This document shows, in pieces, positions 12,325 to 27,125 of a stretch of 64,000 nucleotides of DNA. Under the pieces are notes generated by a model, which worked only from the letters and a program-made list of their open reading frames with translations, had not been told where the DNA came from and ran no database searches. This stretch comes from Catajapyx aquilonaris. Its lineage: Eukaryota. The stretch lies in contig KZ538817.1 in assembly GCA_000934665.2 (NCBI GenBank), positions 62,001 to 126,000 on the forward strand. Direction: 5' to 3'. Positions within the stretch are counted from its first letter, which is position 1. Every line of letters begins with the position of its first letter. A program made the position numbers and the translations under genes.

Positions 12325-15300
12325 CCCCCCCCCCCCCTTCTTTCCCAGTGCGGGAGGTTTTACGCGTCTCTGGAGAAACCCCAGCACCGGCCCCCTCTTT
12401 CGTCTTGAGACTCGGCCCAAGAATGGGAAGAAGTTTTTATTACGATAAAACAAGAGGCGGAAGCGAGGCTCATACCTTGTAATGGCGCTGGGCACCACCA
12501 GCCTCCTCACCAAAATCAGAGAATTTCTCGTGCCCACATTCTCCGCGGCCTCCATAAAAAGTGCAAAAGTTCTGCCTACAATGATCCCGGCGTAAGGAGA
12601 CTGGAGAGCCTAGGTGACGAGCCCAAGATTAGCGGGCTGGGGGCTCCTTTCATTTCCATCTCTGGGAGAAACCAAGGGAAGAAGACGAAAAAAAAAAAAG
12701 ACACGGAGACGCTTAATCTCCGGAGACAACGCGGCCATAATGCAAAGACAAGAAGCTTTCATAATGCTTATAAGCCTCCGTGTATAACTTGCGCTCGTAG
12801 CTTTATTTCGGTGTCTTTCGCCCGTCTCTCTTTTATGCCTAATCAGCTTTTCGGTGGAGGGAAAAGGGGGAGGGCCGTATACCGTGTGTTCTCCAAAATA
12901 CGTTCCTGGCTACTGGGTTCACTAGTGGAATAACAACAAAGTTTCAAAGTGCTGGTCCCATGCGGTGCCTTGCGGCTTCTGCCCTCTCCAGCCCCCCATC
13001 CCCCCTTGCTATAACATACTGGTGGGGGAGTGTGTGTGAGGGAGAGTTTTGCAAGTGACCTCCGCCCAGAGGACCCCCCGACTCATGTCGAGAGAGAGTT
13101 TGATCGGCTCGCCTCCCGAGGACCTGGCATACCCTAGAACCTAGCCTCGAATTAACTTGCCCCCCTTTGCGCGGCGACAACGCAGCAGGAACAAACCAAA
13201 AAGCCCTCAACTTATGAGCGCAGGGTAGGCCTGGGGGGAGGAGGCATGGGAGGGGGTGAACTCGGGGCGAACACCGCACAAATTTACTTGTCAATCTATG
13301 CAGTGCGGCTTGGAGTTCACTTTGGAGCCATCAGAAAACGGGGGAGGGTGAAGCCATGGGGGGATAATCAATTGATTCAAGGCGATCGACTCTGATGGTC
13401 AAGGCGCTTAACACCTGTCTTCAGGATGGAGACAGTTTGTATAAAGGGAGGCTTTGGGTATATAAAAAAATGGGAGGGGGAAAGTGGCGGGATGTGGTGT
13501 CAAGATTTAAGGGTGGCAGTTGGGGAGTAACTTTGGTTTTTATGCAGTGGTCTTGCCACAAAGGATATCCAGTTAGGAGGTAGGGGAGAAGTTCGAGGAC
13601 AAAGGATCAAAAAGTTATCGACTTTAAAAAGGCTGGTTGACGAAAATCGCGAATGTTCATTTTCAACGCTTAATATTAACTCAATTTGATTAAATTTTCA
13701 CTCAAAAACATGCAAACTATATTTTCAGCGGGTAAAATTAATTCACTCAAATTCTACTTCTAGGATATCCTGATATGCTCAGCCCGCTGCTGGGGTATTG
13801 AACATACTTAATATTAATTGCTTCCTGCTAATTGATACCGTGATATTGTCGAGGCAACGTCAATATATATAGCTAGTACTCACTAATTAGATGCATCTTA
13901 TAGTGCGTGCTGTGACTTACTGCGCTGTATAATCTTAAACCCTGCTCCTACATTGCAGTATCGTTTGAAGTAATTTCCATTGGCAGGCATGCCCTTTCAT
14001 GCTTCACCTCGATGTACAGTGCAGTATGCATTATACGCCGGAGCAAAAGGAATGGGAATATACTCGAGAAGTATTACGAGGAAGTACCGTGAATTTCAAG
14101 CCCTTGCTGCAGAAATGGACCGAATAATTACTTCTCCGGTGTTAGCTTACAGTGTAGCATATAATCTATCGGACCTGACACCCATAATTTCGCATTGTGT
14201 CCGACACTCTCTTGAATAGTGTGGAATAAGGTAGTGCTACAATTGAGAACCTAAAATGCAGAACGATCATTGTGGTCGAAATTGTGTCATAATCATTATA
14301 GCCATACTTTTCAATCAATATTCAGCTACGCTTGCAGTCTTTGCTTCTCTTTAATTTTTTTCCCGTGGAATAAAGGTGCCCTCTGTAATAACATGACCAA
14401 GCTGCTATTTAAAAGTGTCATTAAGCGTTCTTGATCAAACATGCTGGCCTCTGCTGTCCCTCAGGCATGCTGGGAATGAAAAAGCACCCTGGCCGCAACA
14501 TAGCAGGGTATTTCAAACCGAACAGCAAGCCTAAACCAGCAAGGCTTGAAGTTTGGAAGTGTCAGATGACGATCTATAGATGCTAATTTTTAAACACGGC
14601 CAGGAATTACTCACTGCAGTGGCCCGCCCCAAGTCGAAAAAACGCGCGTTTCCAACAGAACCGGTGTGTGTACGGTAAACATGAAATATAAAAATTGTAA
14701 TCCGAGTTGAATCCCCATGCCAGACTGGATGCAGCCTAATCTCTGGGCAGCACCCACTCTGACATGATCCAGCTTATATGATCCTGCTGGGAAAGAGAGA
14801 GAAAAATTCGCTGTATATGTAATACAAAAGCACCTACTCCCAGCACCTGTCTTCCGGCCAATTCATTAAAATAAACTGTGCTTAATGAGTGGGGAATTCC
14901 CGGTTTTCCAGAGGGGTCAACCCTTCGGGTCAGTCTCAGGTCAGGGACTGGACGCTGAGATACCTTCCGATTATACCGAGTAGCTCCTTTTGTGTTGTGT
15001 TTTGGACACGCCAGCCCCTTGCACTTTGCATAAGAGGATAACGACTCCTTTATCCCTCGCTGTGATAACTAATGCCTTCCGGCCTTAGGCTCGACTCCAT
15101 CTGTGGAGAGTGGGGTCCACCGCAATGCATATACATGGATTCCTTCTTGCTGGGCTTAATATCCGGTGGCCCCCCTCATGCTGTCATCCCGCCCAGATTT
15201 TCAAATCGCAGGGTGGGGGAGCATCAGTCACCAGGGAGGAACCGGAAGAGGGAGAAAATGGTGGGGATTAGCAACTGTGACGTCATAAGATTTGTGACCT

Positions 15301-18300
15301 ATGAAACAAAAATTCGGACACTAAAATACGGACTCATCTTGAGCAATTTTTCAGAAAAAATGTCAGCCTGTACAAGTCCATATGTCCAAATTAGGCTTGT
15401 CCTCAACTTAATATATGGAGGTAACAAAGGGCACAAAATGTTGACGATCTGCCCTATAGTCAAATCAATCGATCCAACCAGGGGACTTTATGCAAAAAAA
15501 AAAATGTCAATTTAGGAATAAGCAGAGGGACATCACGTGACAGGGTCGACCCCGTGAGGAATAAAGAAGGGGATAATTAAATCCCGATAGACAGGGCGTT
15601 GTCAGGTCGGAAATTATTTATGACTTAACGCACAATTTGTTCCCTGCAATTAACTACTGCCATGTCGGGTGTCAGGGGCTTTTTCGCAAAAGGTTGCGAC
15701 AAAAACTGCCAGTCCAATTATGACGTCATGGCTGAGTGAAGCCTTGATGGAATCGGGCCTTGCTATACCAGATAGGGTGGGGGGCAGGGTATAGGGGGGT
15801 CTAATTTACGACCGATTAAAGAAGGGCCCGCCGGAGGATCTTTCACGGCTCGGCACATTCGTCCCCCTCTGGGCCTGAACTGGGCTCGAGGAAGGGGAAC
15901 CGCTCCATGAACCGGTTCCAAAATAGGGACGGGCCTAGGGAAAACCGGGAGGAGATACAACAGTGACAACAATTACATGGGGATGCGCCCGATTTGTGAA
16001 GGGGGGGGGGGTTAAGTCGATCAGTGGGTCACTTCTGATTGTTTTTTGTGGTGGATTGTGCGTGATTTGTGCAATTTCGCATGTCAATTGTGGGTGATTA
16101 TTGGCTCCTTGATTTGAGATGGTGATGTGGGCTAATTACAGTTTGGAGAAGGGTGGTTGGCTCTTTCTCTCGAGGAATTCGACAAGGAATGTCATTTTGA
16201 ATCCGTGACGTCAAGCACCACTTGTAATTGATAATCAATAGGCTACATATTGTAATTATTTCTAATCGCAAATTCGTTGTTGACGTCACATTACAACAAT
16301 AACTGTCGTTAAACATAAGTTGACAAGTTCCAGTTCACTTCTTACTTCCAGAGAATAACCATGACCAATTAGTGCATTACATTAACGGAGGAAAGATCTC
16401 TTCAGGCTTTTGTGTCAAATTGTCACCTTTACTGACACTTTTTTGAAAGAGTGATAATGAACAATACTTGCACACACAACGATGCAATATAGTTCATATA
16501 TTAGATTTGAACAACAACTGACACGCTCACACAATAGCGCGACCAAAAAATTGAGTTTAGCATGCATTCACTGTAGTCTAAAAAAACACACACTGGTCTG
16601 ATATCCCCCCGAAAAAAAAGTTTTGACTTTTTAGTGGTCGACGTTGTATTCAGTCAGCCAGAAAGAATTAGCGGTTGATGGACCCCCGGAACCATTCCCA
16701 GGAGGTCCCTAAACCTGGATCGGGATAAAACACCCGCCTCGACCCATTCCATATGCAGGTTCTAATTCTCAGCAATCATGTTTCTGGATGTATTGTATTA
16801 ATCTCGCAGAGTGAGCATATGTTAAAGCTTGATACGTGCTGCGTGGTAATTGGCTGGATATTTCCGAGGCAATATGTGCGTCTCTTTTTTTCTAATTTCC
16901 CTCCAATCACGTATAACGGTCGTGACAATTGCGAAAGTGTTTTTGGTGGCTTTACATATATGAGAGAAAATAACTGTGTCATTTTCTATTTCCTACATGC
17001 TGACAAATCTATTACTATACTTTAAACACAAGATCATGAAATAATCCAGATGTGCCTGAATTATTTTTTGGTTAAAATTTTATTAGCGAAAAATGAACAT
17101 AGGACGCCAGGCATATAGTTTATAGGTTAATCGTTTGGAACAATGAATTAATAATTTAAAATAATAAATTCATGTTTGGGGCTTACAATATTACAACACT
17201 TTTATCGATTGTTTCAGACTTGACCAAAATGGGGTATATTTTGCTGAAACACCCGGTAGTAATTTGAGGAGGCAGAAGTAGGAAGAGTGATTCGGCAAAG
17301 CGTGGGGGGCACATACACATCCATCTAGATTTGGTATAAGAGCATTCCTGTGGCACGTTTTTACGGCCTGGAGGTGTGCCGAATGGAAGGAGTTTCTTGT
17401 CCCAAGCCATGTTGGCGGAAAGGCGCGACATAAAGATAAACGTGGAAGGAGGGAGGTGGGGGAGGTGGGATGAAGTCTGAGGGAGTCACATGCCCCAGAA
17501 TGCTTTCTCAGCACACGGGAAAGAGAAGAGCAGGTTCCCAGGCTTTCCCCAAAGTTCCGCACCTTTTGGCCAGCGAACAAACAATGGGGCTCATTCCAGC
17601 ACACCTCCGTCCCATCTCATTATCTTTTCTCCGCATTTATCACACCCCGTCTTTTTTTGGAAGGAAAAAGACGTGGTCCGTTGACTTCCCAACCGTCACT
17701 GTCCATCCCCCAGCAGGTAAAAATGTGCATGTCAAGCAAGGCCGGTAGTGTGTCCACCCACAGCTTGGCGCAGCACAATAAAAATCACGTGTGTTTGTAT
17801 GCTGCCGGGTGCAGTGCAGGAGTCTTCAATCCCGAATGTCCTCCTAAAAAGTGACCATCTCCATGCGGGCCGGGGAGTGATGACCTTTCCGCCTATCCCA
17901 GGGCCCTCAAATCTCCTCTTCTGCAACCGGATTCCCCCCACCTTGGAAGGAATCCTCTCTCATAAAAATCTCGGTAGGCGCCGTCTTAGATCGAAACCGG
18001 ACGTCTTGCGTGTCAAGTCTCCGGAGTGTAAAACTGCAACTCCGGACCTTTTTTTTTTCATGTTTAAGCTACGCCCCTGTAGGTGAACGATGGTGTATCT
18101 CCGAAGAGTTGGGCTTTTGCGTGGCTTGGGTAATGCAGATTTTAATTTTCAGGAAATTTGTGCGCTGGCGTCTCTAGGGATATAACCAGGGCTTGCAATT
18201 AAAAAGCAAGAATAGTAGTTGGAGGGGGGATCCACTAGGTCGAGGGGTAGTCCTAAGGGGATAACCCCCTCCTCCCTCCAAAAAAAGAGTTGTGTGGGGG

Positions 18301-21300
18301 GGTTACCTAAGTGATGAGTCTCGGAAGGTACATTCATCTCCTGTCCATGCCGACCGAGTGAGGAGCATTTCTTTTCACCGCAACCCCCCTGCAAGCCCCC
18401 AGGTAAAATGAAAGCATACCCACCTGCATATGCTCTAATTAATTTAGAATCGAGCTACCTTTAATATACTCCGGAATTTATATTCGGGTTAGTTCTCCTT
18501 TAATGATTACATAGATTATGATTCGTGTTCTCATCCATCAAGTACGGTTAGCGGACGCGTGCATCAGAGCCGATGCTCTATTATGTAATGAAGATTGCTT
18601 GGACGGCGTGATTGCGCGTGTCGTGATGTCGCTATTGGAAGTCTGCTACAGTACATCCCCGATTAAATTCCGGTCATGGTTGCGCCGGATAAAAATATAT
18701 GAAGCTAGCATCCGGATGCAAATATAGAGGGGGAGAGGCAATTGAATGGAGTGCGTTGTTAACTGTGTAGGGTAAACTCGCCCTATTTGTGCATTTAAAC
18801 TATTCAGGCATCAACATTTCCATTTATTAATTACAAGATTGGTTTGCACAGAGGGTGGGAGCCACACGTGCACATTTTTGGTCATACCCACTGAAAAACG
18901 CAACCGTAGTTATATCTGTAGGCAGGAACCGCAATCTTGCCAAGTTTCGGACATTGTTGTGTGGACGTCGCGTGTACCCCCGCTTCGGTCTTCCCGGTCT
19001 TTCAAAGTCTACGGCGGAACTTGGCTGTGCGTCGATAGGGGACCAGTAATGGAAACGGGGCCGAATCTTAATTTTCCCCAGCAACAGCAGCCAGCCAAAC
19101 TGCAACAATATCTTAGCGGGGTTTGGTGCCGAGGCGCCCCCCAAGCTTTTCAAGGGGGGGCTGCCCCGCGGACAAAGAATCCATTCCGGAGGCCAGGAAT
19201 TGTCCCCGCCGGTACTATCGTTCCTATATTTGGCGGCGTTTCTAATTACTCAAGCTGCTCCCCAAGTCCCTTGTCTTACACAACTCTGGGCGCATTGTTC
19301 CCTTTCTCGGCTATCAACTTGCCGCGCGTTCCCAATTTTCAAGAGGGTTGGAGCACTGGCCGGTAGATGTAGCGCTAATACCGCCAGTTTTCTTATCGGT
19401 ATGTTTATGAGGTGGCAGTTTAGGTTTTGCAATATCTCGGCCGATCTGTTCGCAGGGTTATTAATTGCCTGTTTCCTGCCGGCTACCGAACAGGTTTCAG
19501 AACAGGGCCTGGATGGTGGTGCGTGAGAACACACCCACTCCGACTCCTCAAGAGGCAGTCCCGATCAAGGAGGTCACATCCAAGTCCCCCCATCTCATCT
19601 CATTCACATATGAATCAGGACAGAGAGGATCTGGGCTACCCATCCCTCCGACCTCTCGTCTGCCCCTAATTAACTCTACTGTCATTTTTTTCTGGCTAAC
19701 CACTGGCCTGGCGGTAATGAAAGGGGTTGTTGCTCCAACTGAGTTGGCCCATGGGGGTTAGCAGGGCAGACCCGGCCCCTCCAGCCACCCTAGTCCCACC
19801 TAGTCCTTCGGATCATCATAACTCATCGTTAGTGCATTTTTTTCTGCTTTATTTCCACCTGGTACCTGAGCATACCTTGGTACATTAGTCTGCAGGGCGC
19901 ACGGCAGACATTTTCGTGCCGGAGATGGGGAAAGAGGGGGACAGGTCCCTAGAGTGGCGCCTCTAGCTCACTAGGGACCTGCTGCGTCAGGGACTCAGTC
20001 CCATTTCAACTCTGCAAAGCGGGGGGCGGGATTAAGGCCTTGGGAGGAAGTTGGTGGGGGGGAGGGGGGGTTGTCGATTTCCAAGCATTTCCCTTAGGAC
20101 GAGTGGGAGGGCTTTTGCTCAACTTGCCTTCATTCCCTTGATTAGAACGTATAGGGTGGGGGAGAGTCTGCAGGTTGAAGCTCCTGACTCATGTCATAAC
20201 CGGTTGGTTAGGTTAGGTTCATATTATGCTGCCCGTGTGAACCTAGCCCGGACCTGAAACCACATTTGGAACCAAACCTCCTGCACTTATTGGCTCTCCT
20301 AGTCATTCGGCATATACCAAACCGCGTCTACATAATTGAAAACGTACCCCCCGGTTTTTTAAGCCCCTTTCCTCATATAATAATTGATGTCGGTGCCTAG
20401 GATCGCGCGAGTTCGGTGTCAATTTTGGAGCACGAGTGTGGACAGACCAAGAATGATAAAGTGAACCCCCGGTCCCCCCCTCCTGGTGTGCGGGGCTGTC
20501 GTGCAGAAACTCGGCTCATCTCCGAGCTTCACACTCCATAAACACGGGAGGGCCAGCTCCTATCTTTCGGCCCCCAACGAACCGTCACAATAACCGCGGG
20601 AGAAGCAACAGGACGAAACAGACATCTATTGCCGTCTAATTACGCCCGCAATCGAGCGAGGTTTTGGGGAAAATCTGGACCGGAGTCATGAATTTTTAGC
20701 CACCCCTGGGTATGCTTTTTTTCAGATGGTCCAAAAGTCTGGGTGTAACTGTTGCCTGCACATGTTCATAATAACTCGGTATTAATACGTTTGGAAAGGG
20801 TTTTTTTTCGGGGGGAGGGGGGGGGGCGGTTATAATTTTCTGTGTCTCTTCCTCGGGTCCTGTCCCCTGCACTTCTGCGTGGTGACGAACGGGGGTTTAT
20901 GCAAACCCCAGGACGGACCAGGAGCACACGCTCCAATAGATGATTAACTATTTACGAGCACGACTGCGTACATCACAAACTTCTCCTCCCGCGGAATGAA
21001 ATACCGGTAATTATTATTCTGGGATTGATATTTGCCATGTTTCCGGGCCGGTAGTCTCTCCCTGCCAGAACCCCCTAGTTTCCCCCCGCCCCTAGGCCCG
21101 AAACCGACTTGAGTCACTTTATGCATGGATGTGACAGCGGAGGATAAATGGGGTCTGCTGGTTGGCTGCTGGTAGTTTTTGGATGGGGCGGCGAAATATC
21201 ACCCAGCCTTCACAGGCAGTCGACGGAGCAAGTGGGGCATCTTCATATCCTCTCGTCCGCACCATGCCACTGCTCCAATGGGAAAGATGGGGGGAGACCG

Positions 21301-23497
21301 CGGCTGTTCCGGGACACCACAGAATACTAGCTATCATGAATATCCATTTTGGTGGTCAGGAACATTTGTCCACTTTTGGAGGCGTGATTTGCACGCGAAT
21401 GGACGGGTCGCATGATTTTCGTACAAGACAGTGCAATATTGGGTTAATGGATAGTTATTTTAAAGGGGACGTGTGATGGGATTAAAATTGCGTTTTTGCC
21501 CGTATGGCTTGTAAAATTCATTCTAATAAAAGTCGATATATTGCCCTCATGAGGGCTAGTGGTCAATCAGTCGGACGTGGGTTTGATAAAAATTCATCTC
21601 ATTGGCCACGCGTTTCCCTCCCCAATATCACACCGCAGAAGCACTTTCAGCAGGTTTGAATTGTGGTGCTTTCAAAAATTGTTGTCAGTTGCCATTTTAT
21701 ATTTTAGAAATTCTAAATGTTTGCCAAATTTAAAATAACGACGGACTTGTACAAATCGTATAGTGCAGACACGATCCCATTCGTCCCAATCCTAAAGTAT
21801 TCAATCTCAATTATCCCTGGTAGGTTCCCAGCCGTCCCATTTTTCCCAACCCTCCGAGAAGACAATTGAGCGCCGCCCTGTAATTAAGGAACGGCCATTA
21901 GATATTGGCGCGACAATAAATAAGCGATTGAAGGCGCGAATGAAACAAAGAGGCGGCGGTCGGCGGCGCATCCCGGCGGCAGTTTATAGGTGTAGCCGGA
22001 GGGGTAGGTCTAGTGTGGGCCATAGCCAGCCAGCTAGTGTAAGTTCCCCATGCAGTTCTCTCCCCCCCCCCCCCTCCGCTTCCCCTCCCCCAATACTATC
22101 CTGGCCCGAACTGCAACCAAGGGGACACTTGGCCGAATATGGCCTGGAATTAGAGCCACAATAGGCTGTGATAATTATGGCCGTGGCGCTGCGGAGCAGA
22201 GGAGGAGGACCTCGGGAGGGTTATTGGGCCGAGTGGTTGTCTCTGAAGTTGCGCGTCTCCTGGACGTCGACTGATGGGAGGCTGGTTGGTTCCCCTCCCT
22301 ACCCAGCAGCCCAGTATCGGCGGCATCCTTTCCCATTAGATCCTCCTACCCAGTTAAGAGCGCGGGTGGGAGGGAGTGCCCATTAAATCAGCTCGGGGTT
22401 GGCATAAGTTTTAATTCCCAACACCCTGGGGCAGTCGTCCGTGGCCTCCATCGGCCCGGTAATCCTCCCAGTAAAAAGACGCAGATAGCACACAGAGCAC
22501 CCATAACCCCACTGCTAATGTGCCATCAAATTAACAGAAAAGATACTACTGCAATTATCCGTATGGCGTCGCCCTCCAGCTATATCACCAGGCAAATAAG
22601 GAAGGAAGGAAGGAAAGGAAAAGGAACATGTCTGAAGAGCTCTCTCTCCTGCTATGGGGTGGAAGAGGAGGCTGGTGGAGGAGGCAAGTTTAAAAGTGGG
22701 CTTGGGATGGTAATAAGGCCCCCCCATGATCCCTTGGGTGTTGTGTGGCCACTGCGGCAGGAAGTTGTGATAACGCTGGGGCTTCGATGGGTTTGTGCGA
22801 ACAACTATCCCGGGGCTTTGCAGTTTTATGACCGCCTGCAGGCTTGTACTGTGATGGAATGAAACCCTAAATCCCGTGGACTATGCCTCTCCTCGTAGGA
22901 TTAGACGGGCTGGCAAGGCATGTCGTAAGTGTGCTTGAAAGGAGACTCGGCGGCTCCGACGACGCTTGTCTCTCTACTCTTACTTGTAGTATATACCGTA
23001 GGAAGAAGAGTCTACTCTCCCTCTGTTCTCTCTCCGGCAAGCAGCCTCCCGAAGAGAGGAGTCCGCGGGGACTCTCCTGATTATGAAGCCGCGATATTAC
23101 GCTTTAGGAGGAAATTGCTGACTCAGCTAGCCAAATAAATTGAGGGCGGGGGAGGCAGGGAGGGAGGGAGACAAGGAAAAGGACGGGGATCTGTCGCTCG
23201 CTTTGGGGACTTGAGACGTCTCCAGGTGTAGGATGCTGCACGTGCACCCGCTCACATTTCAATGCACCCAAGACGCTACTCATTTCCAACTGGTGTTTCC
23301 ATTTCAAGCAATCGGGCTTCACCTCCGGTCCAAATTGCCAGAACCTCTCACCGGTGTGTCTGCGGCCAATTCCGCTTTATACTTACGGCATCCACCCACC
23401 GGGATGCTGTTCATACCCTATCGATACGACCCCCGAGCTCTCACCCTTTCTAAATGAAATGGTTCAAATTGCGACTGACGGACATTTCTCGTCCTTA

Positions 23498-23511
23498 TGA
23501 CTCACCCTGTA
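23498..23511. mobile_element. Isolated Tc1/mariner-type MITE terminus (TGACTCACCCTGTA)
   Basis: Reverse complement TA|CAGGGTG is the typical Tc1/mariner-superfamily terminus. The identical 14-mer occurs at 40491-40504, and related ends occur at about 2921-2938 and 17245-17258. Partner ends were not confidently found. Confidence 0.4.
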
Positions 23512-26500
23512 TACACACTGGCACAGGTAGAATCCAGAAAGCAGCATGTGGAAGGGGGGTGTTATCGATTTATATTCGGTGGGTGGATTGAGGCAAGGGT
23601 CGCTGTGGGGTTGAGGTTTGAGGGCAGGGGGAGAGTATGGGGGCGGCTATCAGTACGATACAAATAGGTTTGTGCCTGGCGATGGCCCCTATACTTTCCG
23701 TGGGCCTTGTATATCGCCATCGGATTTTGGAGCGAGTTATCTCTTGGCCCGTGATGTCTCTTCACGTCCCGAGTGACTGCGGGAACTCATAAAGGCGGAG
23801 CATAAAACGACAGCGCCGTATTCCCTCCTGGCGGCAGGCTGCAGGGGGAAGGAAAGGGGGGGGGGGGCATAATGGGTCGCCGAGTGCCCCCTCCCAATCA
23901 CGCTGCTCCCAGGTCAACTGAGAGACGCAATAAAAGTGGGGGAGACGGCCCAAGAAGGCCATTGTCCACCAGGGTGTAATTAACCCGAGGGTTGGGTGAG
24001 ACATGATCCTGGATGGATAGGCAGCAACAATGCTTGGACACTCCTGAGGAACCCCAGTGGGTGAGCGTTCGTTGCCCCCCTTCTCCTCTTCTTCTTCTTG
24101 CCTCCCGCGGGGGCTCTGCTTCCTAACCCCTAGTCCTGGGGGCTGCCATACACATAAAAAAAAAAAAGTAAAAAGAGTCAGCAATAGAGACGTCGGAGGG
24201 AGCTGCGGGGGAGCCGAGGTGGTGCGGTCGGCCGACCCCCACAGAGAGACCCCCGCTGCGGCTTTGTGGCCGGCACATGCACCAGGCCCCCAGACCCAAC
24301 TCGCATAGGGTTGGAAACATTCACGACTTTTGTGGCCGGAGCAGTGGGTGCCAGGGAGACCTCATGTGGATGCACTCTGGTTGCTTACCAAACTACGGGT
24401 AGTCCGGGGACGCTTTGCCCAGATGGCGCTCTGATATCGTAGGAATAATGGCGGACAAGTCACGTCTCATTTCTGAGATGGAGTTGCAGCCTTTTGTGGC
24501 GGATTCAAAGAGCTTTCACGCACGTCCCTTGGTCGTGAGTTGGGGGTGGGTCTCACAGGCGTGGCTACTTATGTAATACTCAGGGGTGTATTAATGTCTT
24601 CATTTGGGGAGGCGATAATGAAACATGGAGTAGTGACACACTTCTTGAACTGATTAGGCGAAGATTGTTAGAAAGGGATGCACAAAAAAATGTCCATGTT
24701 TGTTCAGGTTGGGTTTCAATCAATTGCACTGCTCAGGATGCAAATTTATGGCAACTATGGAGCGACTGCCTGCATGTATCACCACAAATAAGCTGATATT
24801 TTTGTACTAAAAAGGGAACTTGATTATTTTTAACATGGTTAACTTCTTCCACTTTCAGCAATGTACCACTCACAGATGAGCTAAAAGTACTGGTTAGTTG
24901 TACAGAAATCGCTAATTTCACTGTTGGAATTAAATGTCAGTTACCGGCCCTGTGTTTGTGCTGCTGGGAAGATTGTTAGGTTTAGGCCTACCATTCCCGG
25001 CCCATTATTTAAAGTACACTTGATCGCATTTTTACTGCTGGTCTGAAGGGAAACGGTTCAGTTTTGCCTTGTTCATCCAGTGCCGGGCAAAATTCATCTT
25101 GCACCGTTTTGTTCCCAGAGGCAAAGTTTGAGAAAAGTTGCCCCACTTGGGTTCCGACCATTCGGTTTGCACTGGCCGCTACTGCCCTATACTGTATAAG
25201 CCCGAAACTCCCCAACTTCTTATTGGTGCACCAATATACCTGGCCGATATGAAGCGGCCGATGATGGGTGAATTACCAGCTGGAACTGCGATGGGAATGT
25301 GGCTGCTGGGTGTTGGACCAAAAAAAAGGAGAAGAAAACTGGTGGGGGGAAAAAAAAACTATATAGAGCGGCCAATCGAGTATTCCGGTGGCAAATAGCT
25401 AGGGGCGAATAAAACGAGAAATATTTCAGAGAGGGGGAGGGAGGGGGGCGTTTGGAAGTTGGTGCCTTTATTTCCCGGTGAGGCCAGTGTTCGGAAAGAG
25501 AAGTCTGGGGCTTTTGGGCGGCCCTGACCGCCAGTCGAATCGAGCCTGGCCCCAGCTCCCCCGAAACTATTGTTCCCCAGGGTGACAAATTGGAAGCGAA
25601 TCCTCGGGAGGAATCCAAGGAGGCTGTATTAGGCGAGGGAGCCCAGCATAGGAGGGCCTCCCACCCACCCACCCAACTCCTCCCTGGTCCACTCAGCCTA
25701 CTTTATATGCCTTCAGGGAGTATGGTCGGATACTGGTAGGGTGGGCTTCTTCTTTCCATCCTATATACAGGGCTCAGGGTCCACGGGGACCCACCAAAAA
25801 GTTCGTGGATTGGGCCCATCCCCGGTGGCTGTGGGATCCCCCGTGGCGTTCGGATCCACACGTATTCCCCAATCGTGTTTGGCTGCCAGATGAGTTAAAC
25901 AGGGGTGACCAGTGGTCATTCCATGCTCTCCAGAGGACCGGTCACATGGGGATGAATGATGATGGCAACACCCACTAAACTGGACTCCAGTTGGTAATAC
26001 TGGTCCAATACAATACACTCGTCTACGTGTAAATAGGCCGCAAACTCTTTCCTGGTCACTGTCGGTTTCGTTGCGGGTACCCCTCTTTCATTGCGTGCCG
26101 CCGGATAGCGCAGTTTGTGTTCTTTTGTCATGACATTAGCTGGGCCTATCTAGTGTGTGACAAGTTAGCCTTTACTGGAGCAGTAACGGGCCCGGAAGCG
26201 TGCTAAATCCGGAACCTGCACGCTTTTAATTTCGGCTTGCAATCGGATGGGCAACCTTAACAGGCAATGACAAGAGCAGATAAAAAAATTATCGCTGCTC
26301 CCGTCTACTAACTGCGCGTTTTTATTTCCCGGTGACAGTTGAGTGACAGAGGATTAAATAGCCGATGAAGCGGCCCGATGTGACGAAGGTTTCATTTACG
26401 GGGGTTTACTAGAACTCGAGCGGGATCTTTCCCCGCACAAAGCGTGGCAAATTGCCTCTAATGACCTGGATTTGATAGGCTAACGCACCAATCATTATTG

Positions 26501-27125
26501 CGTCGGAAGGTCTTTGTTGCGTTTAATTGATTGCGCCAGGAGAGAGAGAGGGCTGCTGTGACAACTCCTTCCAAGACGGTTTTTAGGTTACGCCCCTTTT
26601 TCGCCCTCGCCATTATCGGAATCTGATTTCCCGAGGCCGACGTTTGTTTGTGACTATGGAAATATCGCTCGGTGTCAGTTTTCATTAACCGTTTTTAGAC
26701 GACAAAATTCCAGCTGGATATGATCTCTTTGTTCTTTCATAAGCTCCCCCCACGCTCTTTACTGATTTCCCTCACCATTTATCCAAAATCCTCCCCTATA
26801 GCAACCCCTCCCTCCTTCCGCAAAAGTTCGATATCACTTGGAGACTTCCAGCTTTTCATTTCGGCTGCTGCTGCTTCTTCTTCTGCGAGGGACGAAACGT
26901 GATTGCAAGTCGTTTTGAATAAATTGCGAGACTCCTCTTCTGAATTCCTGGCGAGTGGAGTCAGCCGACAAAGTGGCCCTTGCTATCTTTTCAAATGCCA
27001 CCGAGCGTCTTAATAGCTTCACTCCGCCACTCATAATGGCCGCTGAGAATAACATTACTTTTGTGGAGGGCCCAAGAGCAAGCCTCTCGGAAGGAAATGT
27101 CAAAAAATATGTCTATACGCCAATT

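Noticed and set aside
20701..20711. Partial ZNF423 (Roaz) binding-site match CACCCCTGGGT, also an imperfect match near 49023, suggesting autoregulation
   Set aside because: Imperfect isolated matches in C/G-run-rich DNA are not distinguishable from chance by eye.
25916..26131. VTRKEFAAYLH peptide faintly resembling Helitron Rep
   Set aside because: Too short, with no flanking Rep or helicase motifs.
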